A stretch of 44,168 nt of DNA, from contig JAQXQC010000088.1 of the NCBI GenBank assembly GCA_029100965.1, forward strand, positions 1 through 44,168, written 5' to 3'. A program made the position numbers and the translations under genes. Source of the DNA: Bacilli bacterium (GTDB taxonomy: Bacteria; Bacillota_I; Bacilli_A; RF39; UBA660). Below the pieces are notes generated by a model. That model was given only the letters and a program-made list of their open reading frames with translations, made no database searches and was not told the origin of the DNA. Each line of letters begins with the position of its first letter. The first letter of the stretch is position 1. Shown here piece by piece: positions 1 through 9,504 of the stretch.

Positions 1-758
1 GTATAAGAAATATTTTTAATTGAATCAGTTGTTGAAGTATTTTTAGGTAGTTTTAATACTTGACCAATACTTAGATTATTGGTTGAAAGATTATTTAATG
101 TTTTTAAATCATTTACACTAGTGTTATATTTTTTAGCAATATTATACAAACTATCTCCTTTTTTAACGATATAATAATTATTATTAATTGGAGTATAAGG
201 TACTTTTAGGTAAGTTGCTAAGGCAATAACAATTGCTTCTCCTATATTTTCTAGATTATTTTTTAAATAAGTGGCTTCTTTTTCATTATCAATATTTCCA
301 TAATAAATAATTATACTTTCATTATTAGCAGTATCTCTAATTAATTTATTATAATCTTTTGATGTATCACTAGGTAACCTTCTTTGATAGTATTTTTCTA
401 CTCTTAAACCAATTTTTTCAAGATTTTCTTGAACTAATTTAGCAAGCGTGTTGCTATTTCTTAAGGAATAGATAATTTCAGCATTTTTTCCCCCTGTCGT
501 TAAGGCATTAGAAATAACAATAACATTATTTCCTTTTCCATAAGTGGATTGAATTTTTTTTACCCGATCATCAATTGAAAGAGTATCATCATTATCTCTT
601 GTTAGATAAGTTTTAATATTTAAGTCTTTTAATCTTTTATAAATATATTTACTTAAGTCTAGGTTATAGTTTTTTTCAATGATGCCATGAATATTACTTC
701 CAATGTCCTCTCCTCCTCGATAAGGATCGATGATTACTTTCTTTTCTGCTCTTTCCAT
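1..758 (-). CDS. N-acetylmuramoyl-L-alanine amidase (Amidase_3)-like protein with LysM domain; 3' end runs off the window
   Basis: Not in the ORF track. Hand translation from ATG at 758 (RBS AGGTGA at 765-770) gives MERAEKKVIIDPYRGGEDIG...GIIEKNYNLDLS...YLTRDNDDTLSIDDRV, then the LysM repeat YIVKKGDSLYNIAKKYNTSVNDLKTLNNLSTNNLSIGQVLKLP. Confidence 0.85.
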   Translation of the reverse strand, partial: MERAEKKVIIDPYRGGEDIGSNIHGIIEKNYNLDLSKYIYKRLKDLNIKTYLTRDNDDTLSIDDRVKKIQSTYGKGNNVIVISNALTTGGKNAEIIYSLRNSNTLAKLVQENLEKIGLRVEKYYQRRLPSDTSKDYNKLIRDTANNESIIIYYGNIDNEKEATYLKNNLENIGEAIVIALATYLKVPYTPINNNYYIVKKGDSLYNIAKKYNTSVNDLKTLNNLSTNNLSIGQVLKLPKNTSTTDSIKNISY

Positions 759-806
759 AAAATATCACCTAATTTATTTTATGTTTTTTAGTTAATTTTG
801 GTTTGT

Positions 807-1748
807 TTATTCTATTTTGAAACTGGTTTCATCTAAAAAAAGATAGTTTTCATGATATTTTAGTTCTCTTACTAAACGAAATAGAGCATCATCTTTGGCT
901 TTGGCTTCTAACATAATATCAACATCTTGATTTTTTGGTTTTAAAAGATTTAAAAATTTGATGAAGGAATCGACTTCAATATAGTCATTATGGGCTCGGT
1001 ATTCTCTTTTGTTTTTAGGAGAACTAAAATGTATTTTTGGTGTCATTCCTTTTCTTTTCCAAGTGAGAAAGATATCGTTTAAGTAAGTGAACAATTCTTT
1101 GAATGTGGGATTGCATTGATGATGATGATAGTCTAAGACGACTGGAATATTTAACTTTTTAGCTAGAAATAAACAATCTTCTATGTTAAATACTTTATCA
1201 TCATTTTCTATGGCAATAATTTCTTTTAAATGATTGGGAAGTTTTTTGAATGTATGGATAAATCTTGATAAAGAGTTCTTTTTTCCAAAGGTATTACTGC
1301 CTATATGAAGGAGAATAATTTTATCTTGAATATCTAATATTTTGAGTAATTGGTAATGATATTCTAATATGTTAATTGTTGATGTGATTACTTCTTTTTT
1401 TACACTATTTAAGACACAATACTGATTGGGATGGAAATCTACTCGTATTTTACTTTTCTGAAGAATTGAAGTTATTTTTTTATAGTAAGGAAGGAATTTT
1501 TCTAGATAATCAAAAGAAACATTTAAGTGTGTTGCTAAGGGGATTATATTAGAAGAGATTCGATAAAAATGAATATGATTTTTATCGTTATAAATTAATG
1601 TTTGATAAAGAGATTCTAGATTTGAAGTGATAATATGATCTAACTTTTCTTGATTTTTTTCTTTTTTCCAAGTTGTATATGGATAAGGTGTTGAAGTTGA
1701 AGTTTTTATTGATTTACTTATTGCAACATAGCCTAATCTTATTATCAT
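807..1748 (-). CDS. uvsE: UV DNA damage repair endonuclease UvsE
   Basis: RLGYVA N-terminus, FYRISS, FHPNQYCVLNS, IENDDK, LDYHHH, PKIHFSSPK, DIMLEAKAKD motifs. Confidence 0.93.
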   Translation of the reverse strand: MIIRLGYVAISKSIKTSTSTPYPYTTWKKEKNQEKLDHIITSNLESLYQTLIYNDKNHIHFYRISSNIIPLATHLNVSFDYLEKFLPYYKKITSILQKSKIRVDFHPNQYCVLNSVKKEVITSTINILEYHYQLLKILDIQDKIILLHIGSNTFGKKNSLSRFIHTFKKLPNHLKEIIAIENDDKVFNIEDCLFLAKKLNIPVVLDYHHHQCNPTFKELFTYLNDIFLTWKRKGMTPKIHFSSPKNKREYRAHNDYIEVDSFIKFLNLLKPKNQDVDIMLEAKAKDDALFRLVRELKYHENYLFLDETSFKIE

Positions 1749-1765
1749 TTTTATTCACCTATATT

Positions 1766-1794
1766 TATTATGCTTCCTCTTCTTTTTTGTATTC
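1766..1794 (-). promoter_or_regulatory. sigma-G-type promoter upstream of uvsE
   Basis: Minus strand GAATA-N17-CATAATA matches the sigG consensus GNATR-N17/18-CATNNTA. Confidence 0.6.
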
Positions 1795-1814
1795 TAAAAA
1801 GAAAAAAGAAAAGA

Positions 1815-2717
1815 TTATCCTATTCTTTTTTCTTCTTTGGGTAAATAATCTAAGATTAGTTTATCTGTGATAAATAAATAGTCATAAAAATTTCTAATTT
1901 TTTGACATAATTCTAGTTCATTAGTATTAAAATCAATTTTTTGAGGAATGGAGATGAGAGCAAAAAAAAGTATTTTTTCTTCTTTTAGCATAGGATAATG
2001 CATTTCGTAAGTATGAAGAAGGCTGCAAAAATCGAATGTTTGATAATATTTTTGGTAAAAGTTTACTAAATCATAGATAGGAATATCTTTTTTACTTTTA
2101 TTCCAACTAATTAAATAAGGTTTTTGATCAAGTAAGTAATGTTCTAATTTTAGATTATTATGAATTTGAGTAATTCGAACTCTTTTCTTTTCTGAAATGA
2201 TTTGATACCATTTTTCCATTTGATTTTTGGAATAATTTAGAGCTAAAAAGAGTTTAGAAATGTTTCTGATGAAAAGATAAGAGGAAGGAGACATATATTC
2301 TTCTCTTTCGATTAATTCTGTGATATCTTGATAATAGTTAATTAAATACTCAATTTTATCTATTGTAGTTTCATAAAGTTCTTTGTAAGAATTTTCATCT
2401 ATTTCTTTATAAAAAGTAGTTTTGCTATGAAGAAGAGTAATTAATTTCATGATATCATTTGCTTTTTCTTCTTTTTGCAATGGAGTTTCTTCAATATAGC
2501 GATAAATATCATAATTTTTGGTTTGATAAAGAATTTCTGGAAAATAATCAAAAGATCTAGACTTTAAATATTTATATAAAGGGCCTAGATCATGTTCTTT
2601 TTTTTTGATTACTAATACTTCATTATCAGTTTCTATCATGCGAATGTTATTTTTAATGGTTATTTTTTTGATGATAATGTGATTTTCAGCGAGTAAATTA
2701 CGAATTTCTTTATTCAT
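1815..2717 (-). CDS. ysxE: Spore coat protein YsxE-like (CotS/kinase-like fold)
   Basis: YLKSRSFDYFP, LLHSKTTFYKE, YMSPSSYL, HNNLKLEH motifs; overlaps the end of spoVID as in the Bacillus spoVID-ysxE operon. Confidence 0.75.
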   Translation of the reverse strand: MNKEIRNLLAENHIIIKKITIKNNIRMIETDNEVLVIKKKEHDLGPLYKYLKSRSFDYFPEILYQTKNYDIYRYIEETPLQKEEKANDIMKLITLLHSKTTFYKEIDENSYKELYETTIDKIEYLINYYQDITELIEREEYMSPSSYLFIRNISKLFLALNYSKNQMEKWYQIISEKKRVRITQIHNNLKLEHYLLDQKPYLISWNKSKKDIPIYDLVNFYQKYYQTFDFCSLLHTYEMHYPMLKEEKILFFALISIPQKIDFNTNELELCQKIRNFYDYLFITDKLILDYLPKEEKRIG

Positions 2718-3465
2718 TTTTATTTGGAATGATGAGTTTCATACCAGGTTTTATTTCTTCTAAATTGTTATATAAACTAAGTGATTCTTTATCAATGTTA
2801 TATTTTTTCATAATGCTATCAATGGTATCTTGTTCTTTTACAATATATACATAATAAGTAACGTAAGTGTCTGAATTATCTATATTTTCAAATAAATTGA
2901 ATTCCTTTTTGGATGTTTTTTGCTGTTCTTCTCCAAAAATTATGGTATCTTTTTGGGGTGAAGTAATTTCTGGAATTAATTTTTCTTCTCTTTCCTCGGA
3001 AGATGTTTTTTCGAGATGTTCCTCTTTATTTTCAGGAAAAAATGAAGAAGTAATTTTATTTTCCTCAAGATTTGGAATTTCTATATTCATTTCTTTTGTT
3101 TGCTCTGTTGCTGGTGGTACTTCTATTATTTTTTCTTCTTTCTCTTTTTCTCCTTCAATATAAAGGTCAATATTCACCTGAAGGGCTTCATTGTTTACTA
3201 CTTCATAATAAAAGTTATCAATATCAATAGTTAAAGTAGAAGGAATATATTTGCTTTCTAGTTCAATATCAAAAGGGATTTTAAAGTTGAAGTTTTCTCG
3301 GTTAATTGAAGCCTCAGTCATTTTATAATCGCCAGTAATATGAAATTCTCCACTAATTTTTTCACTGTTTTTTATTGCAATACTATGTTCTAAAGATATG
3401 GAAGTAATTTCACTTACCTTTGTTTTAAATAATAGGTCTTTTTTAAATGGTATTATTTGTTTCAT
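2710..3465 (-). CDS. spoVID: Spore coat morphogenetic protein SpoVID-like (N-terminal domain, acidic linker, C-terminal LysM)
   Basis: EITSISLE...ITGDY...IPFDIEL...IDIDNFYY N-domain; C-terminal LysM YIVKEQDTIDSIMKKY...IKPGMKLIIP; linked to ysxE. Confidence 0.78.
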   Translation of the reverse strand: MKQIIPFKKDLLFKTKVSEITSISLEHSIAIKNSEKISGEFHITGDYKMTEASINRENFNFKIPFDIELESKYIPSTLTIDIDNFYYEVVNNEALQVNIDLYIEGEKEKEEKIIEVPPATEQTKEMNIEIPNLEENKITSSFFPENKEEHLEKTSSEEREEKLIPEITSPQKDTIIFGEEQQKTSKKEFNLFENIDNSDTYVTYYVYIVKEQDTIDSIMKKYNIDKESLSLYNNLEEIKPGMKLIIPNKNE

Positions 3466-3502
3466 ATTATCTTTCCTTTCAAGGAATTATATGAAATTTA
3501 TT

Positions 3503-5551
3503 TTATTTTATACTCTTTTTATAAGTGATATTTGAAAAACTTTTTAAGAATTTTTTTACTTTTTCTTCTTTTGAGATTGGGGCTAGGATGTAAAGCTTTT
3601 CTTTGACGTTAAGGATGTTTGTTGCTAGGAATAATTTTTTTTCATAGCACTCTTGTTTGCTTGGTGAATCTAGAAAAGTATTGTTCATGAGATTGGGTAA
3701 AATAATATTTGAATATTTCTTTTTTATTTGTTCTATTTCTAGGCAAAAATAATCATTTTTCCCGTTAGAAATATGGGTTGGACTTTGCCATTTAAATACT
3801 GAGTTTTTTGTTAAATCGCTTATTTCTTCTTTCTTGGATAATGCAATGACTACGGTATTTTTGTCTAATTGATTTAGGATATCATTTAATGTTAATGCCA
3901 AATTCTCTTTTTCTTTAAATCGATGGTTGTCTGGATAGAAAATGACTTCTATTTGGCATTTTTGCTGAAGAATAAGATGATTTAATGTATGAATATTTTC
4001 TTTGAGAAATTGTTCGGTCATTTGATTTCGTTCTTCAAAAGAAAGATAAGTATCAGAAAACAGTAGCCATTTTTGTTGATTTAAGTAATTTTTATATTCT
4101 AAATTTAATTTTAATTGATGATTTAAAATTGGGTTCTTTAAATCATTTTCTATGATGATAAGATAATTTTTTTTAGGAATAATATTTGTAATATTAAGAA
4201 GAATTGGGTAAGTATTTTCTAGAGAATCTTCTGTTCTTTTCTTTAAAGTGAATTCTTCTATATAATGATTTTTCTTTATTTCTTTTTGATAGTGATTTAA
4301 AAATTTCTTTAATTCTTCTTTTTGTGTAGGATTATAGTTTTCTATTTCTTTTGGATTTTCTGTTAAAGGAATTAGAACTTTGGAAATAAACTCAGTAACA
4401 TAACTGTTCATGGTGGTTATTTTTAATGTATTATAGATTGTATCCTCACTTCTTTTTTCCATTGGATACCTTCTTTTAATTAATTCGTAAGTTAATACTT
4501 CTAAAGTCTTTTTTGATGATTTATATTTTTGATATAAGTAAATGCAATTTTCTTTTGTTGGATAATTTGTAAAATCATCTATCTCTTGGTTAATATAGTA
4601 TATTTGTAATCCATCTTCTAGAAAAAATAGATGATTTTCTTTGTTATATGTATAGTTGATACTATTTAGGTAAAGAAAGTTAGCAATATTTACTTCTGTT
4701 TTTGTTTGCATTTTCTCGTTTAGAATTGTACGAAAATGTTCTTTTCTTTTGATTATTTCTTGTGCAATAAAATCTTTTAAAGATAATTTGCTTTCTAGAT
4801 ACATTCTTTTATAAAGGTAGGAATGATAGTCTTTAAAGGTATCAAAATCTTTATAATCTTTGTTCAGATAAAGATAATTTTTAAATTCTTTATAAAATTT
4901 AGTAAAGGCTTTTTTATCTTGATAAAGAATTTCTAAAAGATATTCCTTAAAAATATGATATTTGATTGAATAAGTTACTTTTATCTCTTTTTCGTTTAAT
5001 AGTTTTTCTTGATATTCTTCTAAAAAAAAGCAATTTATTTTTAACTGATTTTTTAATAATTTTGATTTGATTTCATCTCTACTTTTTTTCTCTTTTGTTA
5101 AGATGATGATGTTTTCTTCTTTTCTGTTTTCTTTTTTAATGAGAATTTTTATTTTTGCTAGGATAAAAGCAAGGTTATTTTTATTATTGAAATAAACTAG
5201 TTTATTTTCATTACTTAGAATCATATTTTTTTGATTATTGTCTAGTATTTCATTTTCTTTAAAGAAAGAAATATATTCTTCGTTTTTTCTTTTTAAGTAT
5301 TTTTGATTATGTAATTTTAATAAATCTTTTTCTTCTGTTTTTATTTTTTCTACTTTTTGATAGTCTGGGTTTTCTTGATATAAGAATTGATCTTCCTTTA
5401 ATTTTTGATAAAGATATTGATATTGATTCATAAACGCTTGATAAGTATTATTGTTGATATAAATATCTTTACTTAAGAAGCGTGTATATTTATTTAAAAA
5501 ATTATTAATATCATAAAGTACTAAATTTGTATTATCATTACTTTCTATCAT
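3503..5551 (-). CDS. Degenerate UvrD/helicase IV-like protein, probably inactive
   Basis: SF1 helicase layout recognisable (LDNNQK Q-motif; IIILTKEKKSRDEIKSKL; RTILNEKMQTKTEVNIANFLYLNSINYTY; YEKKLFLATNILNVKEKLYIL) but no Walker A or Walker B. Confidence 0.6.
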   Translation of the reverse strand: MIESNDNTNLVLYDINNFLNKYTRFLSKDIYINNNTYQAFMNQYQYLYQKLKEDQFLYQENPDYQKVEKIKTEEKDLLKLHNQKYLKRKNEEYISFFKENEILDNNQKNMILSNENKLVYFNNKNNLAFILAKIKILIKKENRKEENIIILTKEKKSRDEIKSKLLKNQLKINCFFLEEYQEKLLNEKEIKVTYSIKYHIFKEYLLEILYQDKKAFTKFYKEFKNYLYLNKDYKDFDTFKDYHSYLYKRMYLESKLSLKDFIAQEIIKRKEHFRTILNEKMQTKTEVNIANFLYLNSINYTYNKENHLFFLEDGLQIYYINQEIDDFTNYPTKENCIYLYQKYKSSKKTLEVLTYELIKRRYPMEKRSEDTIYNTLKITTMNSYVTEFISKVLIPLTENPKEIENYNPTQKEELKKFLNHYQKEIKKNHYIEEFTLKKRTEDSLENTYPILLNITNIIPKKNYLIIIENDLKNPILNHQLKLNLEYKNYLNQQKWLLFSDTYLSFEERNQMTEQFLKENIHTLNHLILQQKCQIEVIFYPDNHRFKEKENLALTLNDILNQLDKNTVVIALSKKEEISDLTKNSVFKWQSPTHISNGKNDYFCLEIEQIKKKYSNIILPNLMNNTFLDSPSKQECYEKKLFLATNILNVKEKLYILAPISKEEKVKKFLKSFSNITYKKSIK

Positions 5552-5628
5552 TTTAATCCCTATCCTTTTATATTACTTTTGTTTTATCATATCACAAATT
5601 GATTAAAAAGAAAATAGATATTGTTGAC

Positions 5629-5657
5629 TTGAAAAGTTGGGGATTTTTTGCTATACT
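5629..5657 (+). promoter_or_regulatory. sigma-A promoter with extended -10
   Basis: TTGAAA-N17-TATACT with TGn before the -10; RBS GAGGAG precedes ATG 5682. Confidence 0.65.
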
Positions 5658-5681
5658 CTAAGTATCTGGTGAGGAGTGTAG

Positions 5682-6791
5682 ATGATGAAAGATAAATTAA
5701 AAGAGATGGATAAGAAAAAACTTTATTTAGTTATTGGTTTTTTTGTTGCTATTATTATTATTTTATTTGGAGGAGCTTTTGTCTATAATAAGTTTTTTTA
5801 TAAACGTTCTTATACTGAAATTGAAAATATTATGGTGAATGCGTCTAAAAATTATTTGGCTAAGAATAAAAATCGCTTCCCTAAAAATTATAATGATGTT
5901 GTAACATTATCTGATAGTGATTTAGTTGGTGCTGAAGAGATGGATGCAATTAGTGAATATTTGAAAGATGAAACTTCTACTTGTAGTGGTAATGTTACGG
6001 TTACTAATATTAATGGACAATATCGTTATGTTCCTACTTTAGATTGTGGAAATAAATATAAGACAGTTACTTTTATTGATTATATTAAGAAGATGGTACC
6101 AATTAAAGAAAATGGTACTGGATTATATCAATTAAATGATGAACTTGTCTATCGTGGGGATTCTCCTAACAATTATATTAAGTTTAGTGGAAAGACTTAT
6201 CGTATTGTTAAATTTAGTGGAGATAGTGCTGTTATTATTTATACAGAAAAAGGTAGTAATATTGCTTGGGATGATCGCTATAATACAGAAAAGAAAATGC
6301 AAATGGGAATTAATGATTATTCGGTTAGTCGTATTAAAGATACAGTAGATGCGTTTTATAAGGATGATAAGAAAATTACTCCTGATAATAAATTATTGGT
6401 TATTGCTCATAATTTGGAGATTGGGAAAAGAGCTAGTAAAGATACAGATAAAACTGGTGGATTAGAAAAAAGTGCTGTTATCGAAAATCAATTTGCTGGA
6501 CTTTTACCTTTATATGATTATATGAACGCTTCTTTAGATAGTAATTGTACTACTTCTGTTAGTGCTTCTTGTATGAATTATAATTATTTATCTAAGTTTA
6601 TGTATTCTTGGTGGACCATGACAGGAAATAATCAAAATACTTATTCTGTTTATGAAATTGCTGGTTCTGGTAGTAGTTTATTAATGAATGCTGGAACAAA
6701 TGGCTATTGTCGTCCAGTCCTTTATTTATCTAAAGATGCTTTATATGTATCTGGAGATGGTAGTAGTGAAAATCCTTATATTGTAAAGTAA
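5682..6791 (+). CDS. Membrane-anchored surface protein with pilin-like N-region and C-terminal DUF6273/C-type-lectin-like domain
   Basis: Single N-terminal TM helix; YRGDSPNNYIKF, YRIVK, CxxxNYL, WWTMT and terminal RPVLYL...GDGSSENPY motif. Confidence 0.55.
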   Translation: MMKDKLKEMDKKKLYLVIGFFVAIIIILFGGAFVYNKFFYKRSYTEIENIMVNASKNYLAKNKNRFPKNYNDVVTLSDSDLVGAEEMDAISEYLKDETSTCSGNVTVTNINGQYRYVPTLDCGNKYKTVTFIDYIKKMVPIKENGTGLYQLNDELVYRGDSPNNYIKFSGKTYRIVKFSGDSAVIIYTEKGSNIAWDDRYNTEKKMQMGINDYSVSRIKDTVDAFYKDDKKITPDNKLLVIAHNLEIGKRASKDTDKTGGLEKSAVIENQFAGLLPLYDYMNASLDSNCTTSVSASCMNYNYLSKFMYSWWTMTGNNQNTYSVYEIAGSGSSLLMNAGTNGYCRPVLYLSKDALYVSGDGSSENPYIVK

Positions 6792-6821
6792 GTAGAAGAA
6801 AATACTTACTTTTTCTTTTTT
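6785..6821 (+). terminator. Intrinsic terminator
   Basis: AAAGTAAGTA-N8-TACTTACTTT stem followed by a T-rich run. Confidence 0.6.
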
Positions 6822-6900
6822 GTTTAAAATTTTATTTTGTATTCATTTATTGATATTTTGGTTGAAATAATCTTTATTCATCATATAATTTATTGGTGAT

Positions 6901-7650
6901 ATGATGAATACTGTTCAACTGGGTTTTCTTTTAGCGATATTAGCAGGATTTTCTACAATGTTAGGGTTATTTCCTATTTTTTTTAAGATATCTAATATTA
7001 ATAAATTTATTGCTGGTAGTCTTGCTTTTGCTAGTGGGGTAATGTTTTGCGTATCTGTTACAGATTTAATTCCAGAGTCTATTTCGTTAATTCAAAAATA
7101 TGTTTCTGATTTTGAAACTTTGCTTTTGGTCTTTGGTTTTATAATGATAGGAGTATTTCTTTCTTCTTTGATTCGAAAGAAGGTAAATACGGAATGTAAT
7201 CAGTCTTCTTTATTTAGAGTGGGAATTATTTCAATGATTGCCATTATTTTACATAATGTTCCTGAAGGAATGGCTACATTTATTTCTACTACAAAAAATG
7301 TTAGTCTTGGTATTTCTTTAGCTATCGCAATAGCTTTACATAATATTCCTGAGGGAATTTCTATTTCTGTTCCGATTTATTATTCAACCAAGAAAAAATC
7401 AAGAGCATTTTTCTATACTCTTGTTTCTGCTTTATCTGAACCACTTGGTGCAATTATTACTTATTTCTTTTTAATGCCTATTATTAATCCGTTTATTTTA
7501 GGATTGTTATTTGCTTCTATTGCAGGGATTATGCTATCTATTTCTTTTCTAGAATTACTCCCCTCTTCTTTTCAGTATTCTTATTTAAAAACTTCTAAAC
7601 TTTGTTTTGGTGCAGGAATTTTATTTATGTTGTTGAAATTTTTCTTTTAG
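6901..7650 (+). CDS. zupT: ZIP family divalent metal (zinc) transporter, ZupT-like
   Basis: Multiple TM helices; HNVPEG and AIALHNIPEGISISVP motifs; SALSEPLGA. Confidence 0.9.
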   Translation: MMNTVQLGFLLAILAGFSTMLGLFPIFFKISNINKFIAGSLAFASGVMFCVSVTDLIPESISLIQKYVSDFETLLLVFGFIMIGVFLSSLIRKKVNTECNQSSLFRVGIISMIAIILHNVPEGMATFISTTKNVSLGISLAIAIALHNIPEGISISVPIYYSTKKKSRAFFYTLVSALSEPLGAIITYFFLMPIINPFILGLLFASIAGIMLSISFLELLPSSFQYSYLKTSKLCFGAGILFMLLKFFF

Positions 7651-7656
7651 AATGTG

Positions 7657-8007
7657 TTAATGTTTTGGTTTTAGTAGTAAGCATAAGATGAATGCTGATA
7701 CTAGGGCAATACTAATTCCGGCACTAGTTAAATTGAAAATTCCAAATGCTAATCCTAATGGTCCAATTTTTCCTACAGTATCCATTGCTCCATGGATTAA
7801 TAAATGTCCAAAAGATGTGATAGGAATAATTGCTCCTGCACCACAATATAAAACAAATCTGTCATAGATGCCAAAAATATCTAAGAATGCACCTATTACT
7901 ACAAATAAAGATGTTACATGTCCTGGTGTAAGTTTAGTATTATCTAATATCAATTGTGAAATCAAACAAATTGTTCCACAAAACAAAAAAGAATTTAAAT
8001 AAATCAT
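7657..8007 (-). CDS. spoVAE: Stage V sporulation protein AE (SpoVAEb)
   Basis: FLFCGTICLISQLILD.TKLTPGHV, GAGAIIPITSFG; follows spoVAD. Confidence 0.9.
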   Translation of the reverse strand: MIYLNSFLFCGTICLISQLILDNTKLTPGHVTSLFVVIGAFLDIFGIYDRFVLYCGAGAIIPITSFGHLLIHGAMDTVGKIGPLGLAFGIFNLTSAGISIALVSAFILCLLLKPKH

Positions 8008-8999
8008 TCTACTACCTCCAAACCTACTGCATGAGCAATCGCAGGAAGAGATTCTTTTTGAAAATACATAGTGGGAGAAAATAATGCCCCTGTTGGAACA
8101 ATTAGAACCCGTTTTAGCTTCTTTTCTTTTAATTCGTGGTAAATATAACTAAAATTTACTAAAGCGCTACAAGCTGGTCCTGAGCCTCCTGCAAAGACAG
8201 GTTGTTTTTTGATATCATATAATATGGTTCCACAATCGTTATATTGTTTAGAAATATCTAGATGGTATACTTTTTTTAAGTATTCTATTAGGATCTCTTT
8301 TCCATATTTTCCTAAATCACCAGTTAAAATTAAATCATAATAATCGGGAGTTCTTTTTAATTTAGTTAAATGCTCATATATAGTTTCTGCGGCTGCTGGT
8401 GCCATTACTGCACCCATATGATTAACATCTTTTGTACCTTTATCAATAATTTTTCCTATGGTAGAGGATTCTATTTTTACTTTTGTTTTTTCGTTTGTTA
8501 AAAGAATGGCTGCTCCACCTGTTGCTGTAAATGTTGAAGTTTCTGGTTTTGGTGTTCCATACTCTGTTGGGTTTCGATATTGTTTTTCGGCAGCAGTGTT
8601 GTGACTTACTGTTGAAACGATACAATTTTTGGCTTTTTTGCCTTCGATAAAATTTGCAGCGATTATCATTCCTTCACTACTGGTGGCGCAGGCGTTATAA
8701 ATTCCTAGAAAAGGAATATTAAATTCTCTTAGGGCATAGTTACTTGATGCGATTTGATTGATTAAATCTCCAGAAATAATTAGGTCGATTTCAGATTCTT
8801 TTTTTCTTGATTTTCTTAATAATGTAGTAATAGTATCTTTTAGTAATTTAATTTCAGCTTTTTCCCAACTTTTTTCTCCAAAATATAAATCTTTTGTATA
8901 AGTTTTATCAAAATATTTTTTTAAAGGTCCATTTGCTTCATATATTCCTGCATGTGTAGCAGTTTCTTTAATAAATACATTTTTATAAGTTGTTGTCAT
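8004..8999 (-). CDS. spoVAD: Stage V sporulation protein AD
   Basis: EANGPL, SWEKAE, GDLINQ, AEKQYRNPTEYG, MGAVMAPAA, TGDLG, GGSGPACS. Confidence 0.95.
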   Translation of the reverse strand: MTTTYKNVFIKETATHAGIYEANGPLKKYFDKTYTKDLYFGEKSWEKAEIKLLKDTITTLLRKSRKKESEIDLIISGDLINQIASSNYALREFNIPFLGIYNACATSSEGMIIAANFIEGKKAKNCIVSTVSHNTAAEKQYRNPTEYGTPKPETSTFTATGGAAILLTNEKTKVKIESSTIGKIIDKGTKDVNHMGAVMAPAAAETIYEHLTKLKRTPDYYDLILTGDLGKYGKEILIEYLKKVYHLDISKQYNDCGTILYDIKKQPVFAGGSGPACSALVNFSYIYHELKEKKLKRVLIVPTGALFSPTMYFQKESLPAIAHAVGLEVVE

Positions 9000-9000
9000 G

Positions 9001-9441
9001 TTATCCTCCCATAATTAATATTCTTAGTATTCCAAATAAATAAACTGCTACAACACCGTATAAGATTACTGTTCCTGCTAATTTGAAAATATTTGCTCCT
9101 ATTCCTAGGACTAATCCTTCTGTTTTATATTCTAATGCTGCTGATGTTATAGAGTGAGCAAATCCTGTAATAGGAATAATTAAAGCACTTTTTACTTTTG
9201 TTACTAAAATATCAAATATACCAAAGGCTGTTAAAATAGAAGCAATTACGATAAGGGTTAAAATAACTAATACTCCTGATTCTTTTCTTGGTAAATGCAA
9301 AAGAAACATATAAATTTCTAGAAGTATTTCACTAGAAAGTCCAAGAAGTCCACCGACTAGGAATGCTATTAATCCATTTTTTGCCACTTTTGGTTTAGGA
9401 GTATACTTTTTAATAAATTCTTGATATTCTTGATTTTTCAT
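9001..9441 (-). CDS. spoVAC: Stage V sporulation protein AC
   Basis: AFLVGG, IPITGFAHS, EYKTEGLVLGIGANIFKLAG; start moved to ATG 9441, which has RBS GGTGA. Confidence 0.92.
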   Translation of the reverse strand: MKNQEYQEFIKKYTPKPKVAKNGLIAFLVGGLLGLSSEILLEIYMFLLHLPRKESGVLVILTLIVIASILTAFGIFDILVTKVKSALIIPITGFAHSITSAALEYKTEGLVLGIGANIFKLAGTVILYGVVAVYLFGILRILIMGG

Positions 9442-9455
9442 ATTTTCACCATTTA

Positions 9456-9485
9456 TAATATGGGTTTTTATTTTCTTTTTTATAC
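9456..9485 (-). promoter_or_regulatory. sigma-G-type promoter of the spoVA operon
   Basis: GTATA-N18-CATATTA; spoVA is sigG-dependent in Bacillus subtilis. Confidence 0.65.
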
Positions 9486-9504
9486 CAAAATAAAACAATG
9501 AAGT

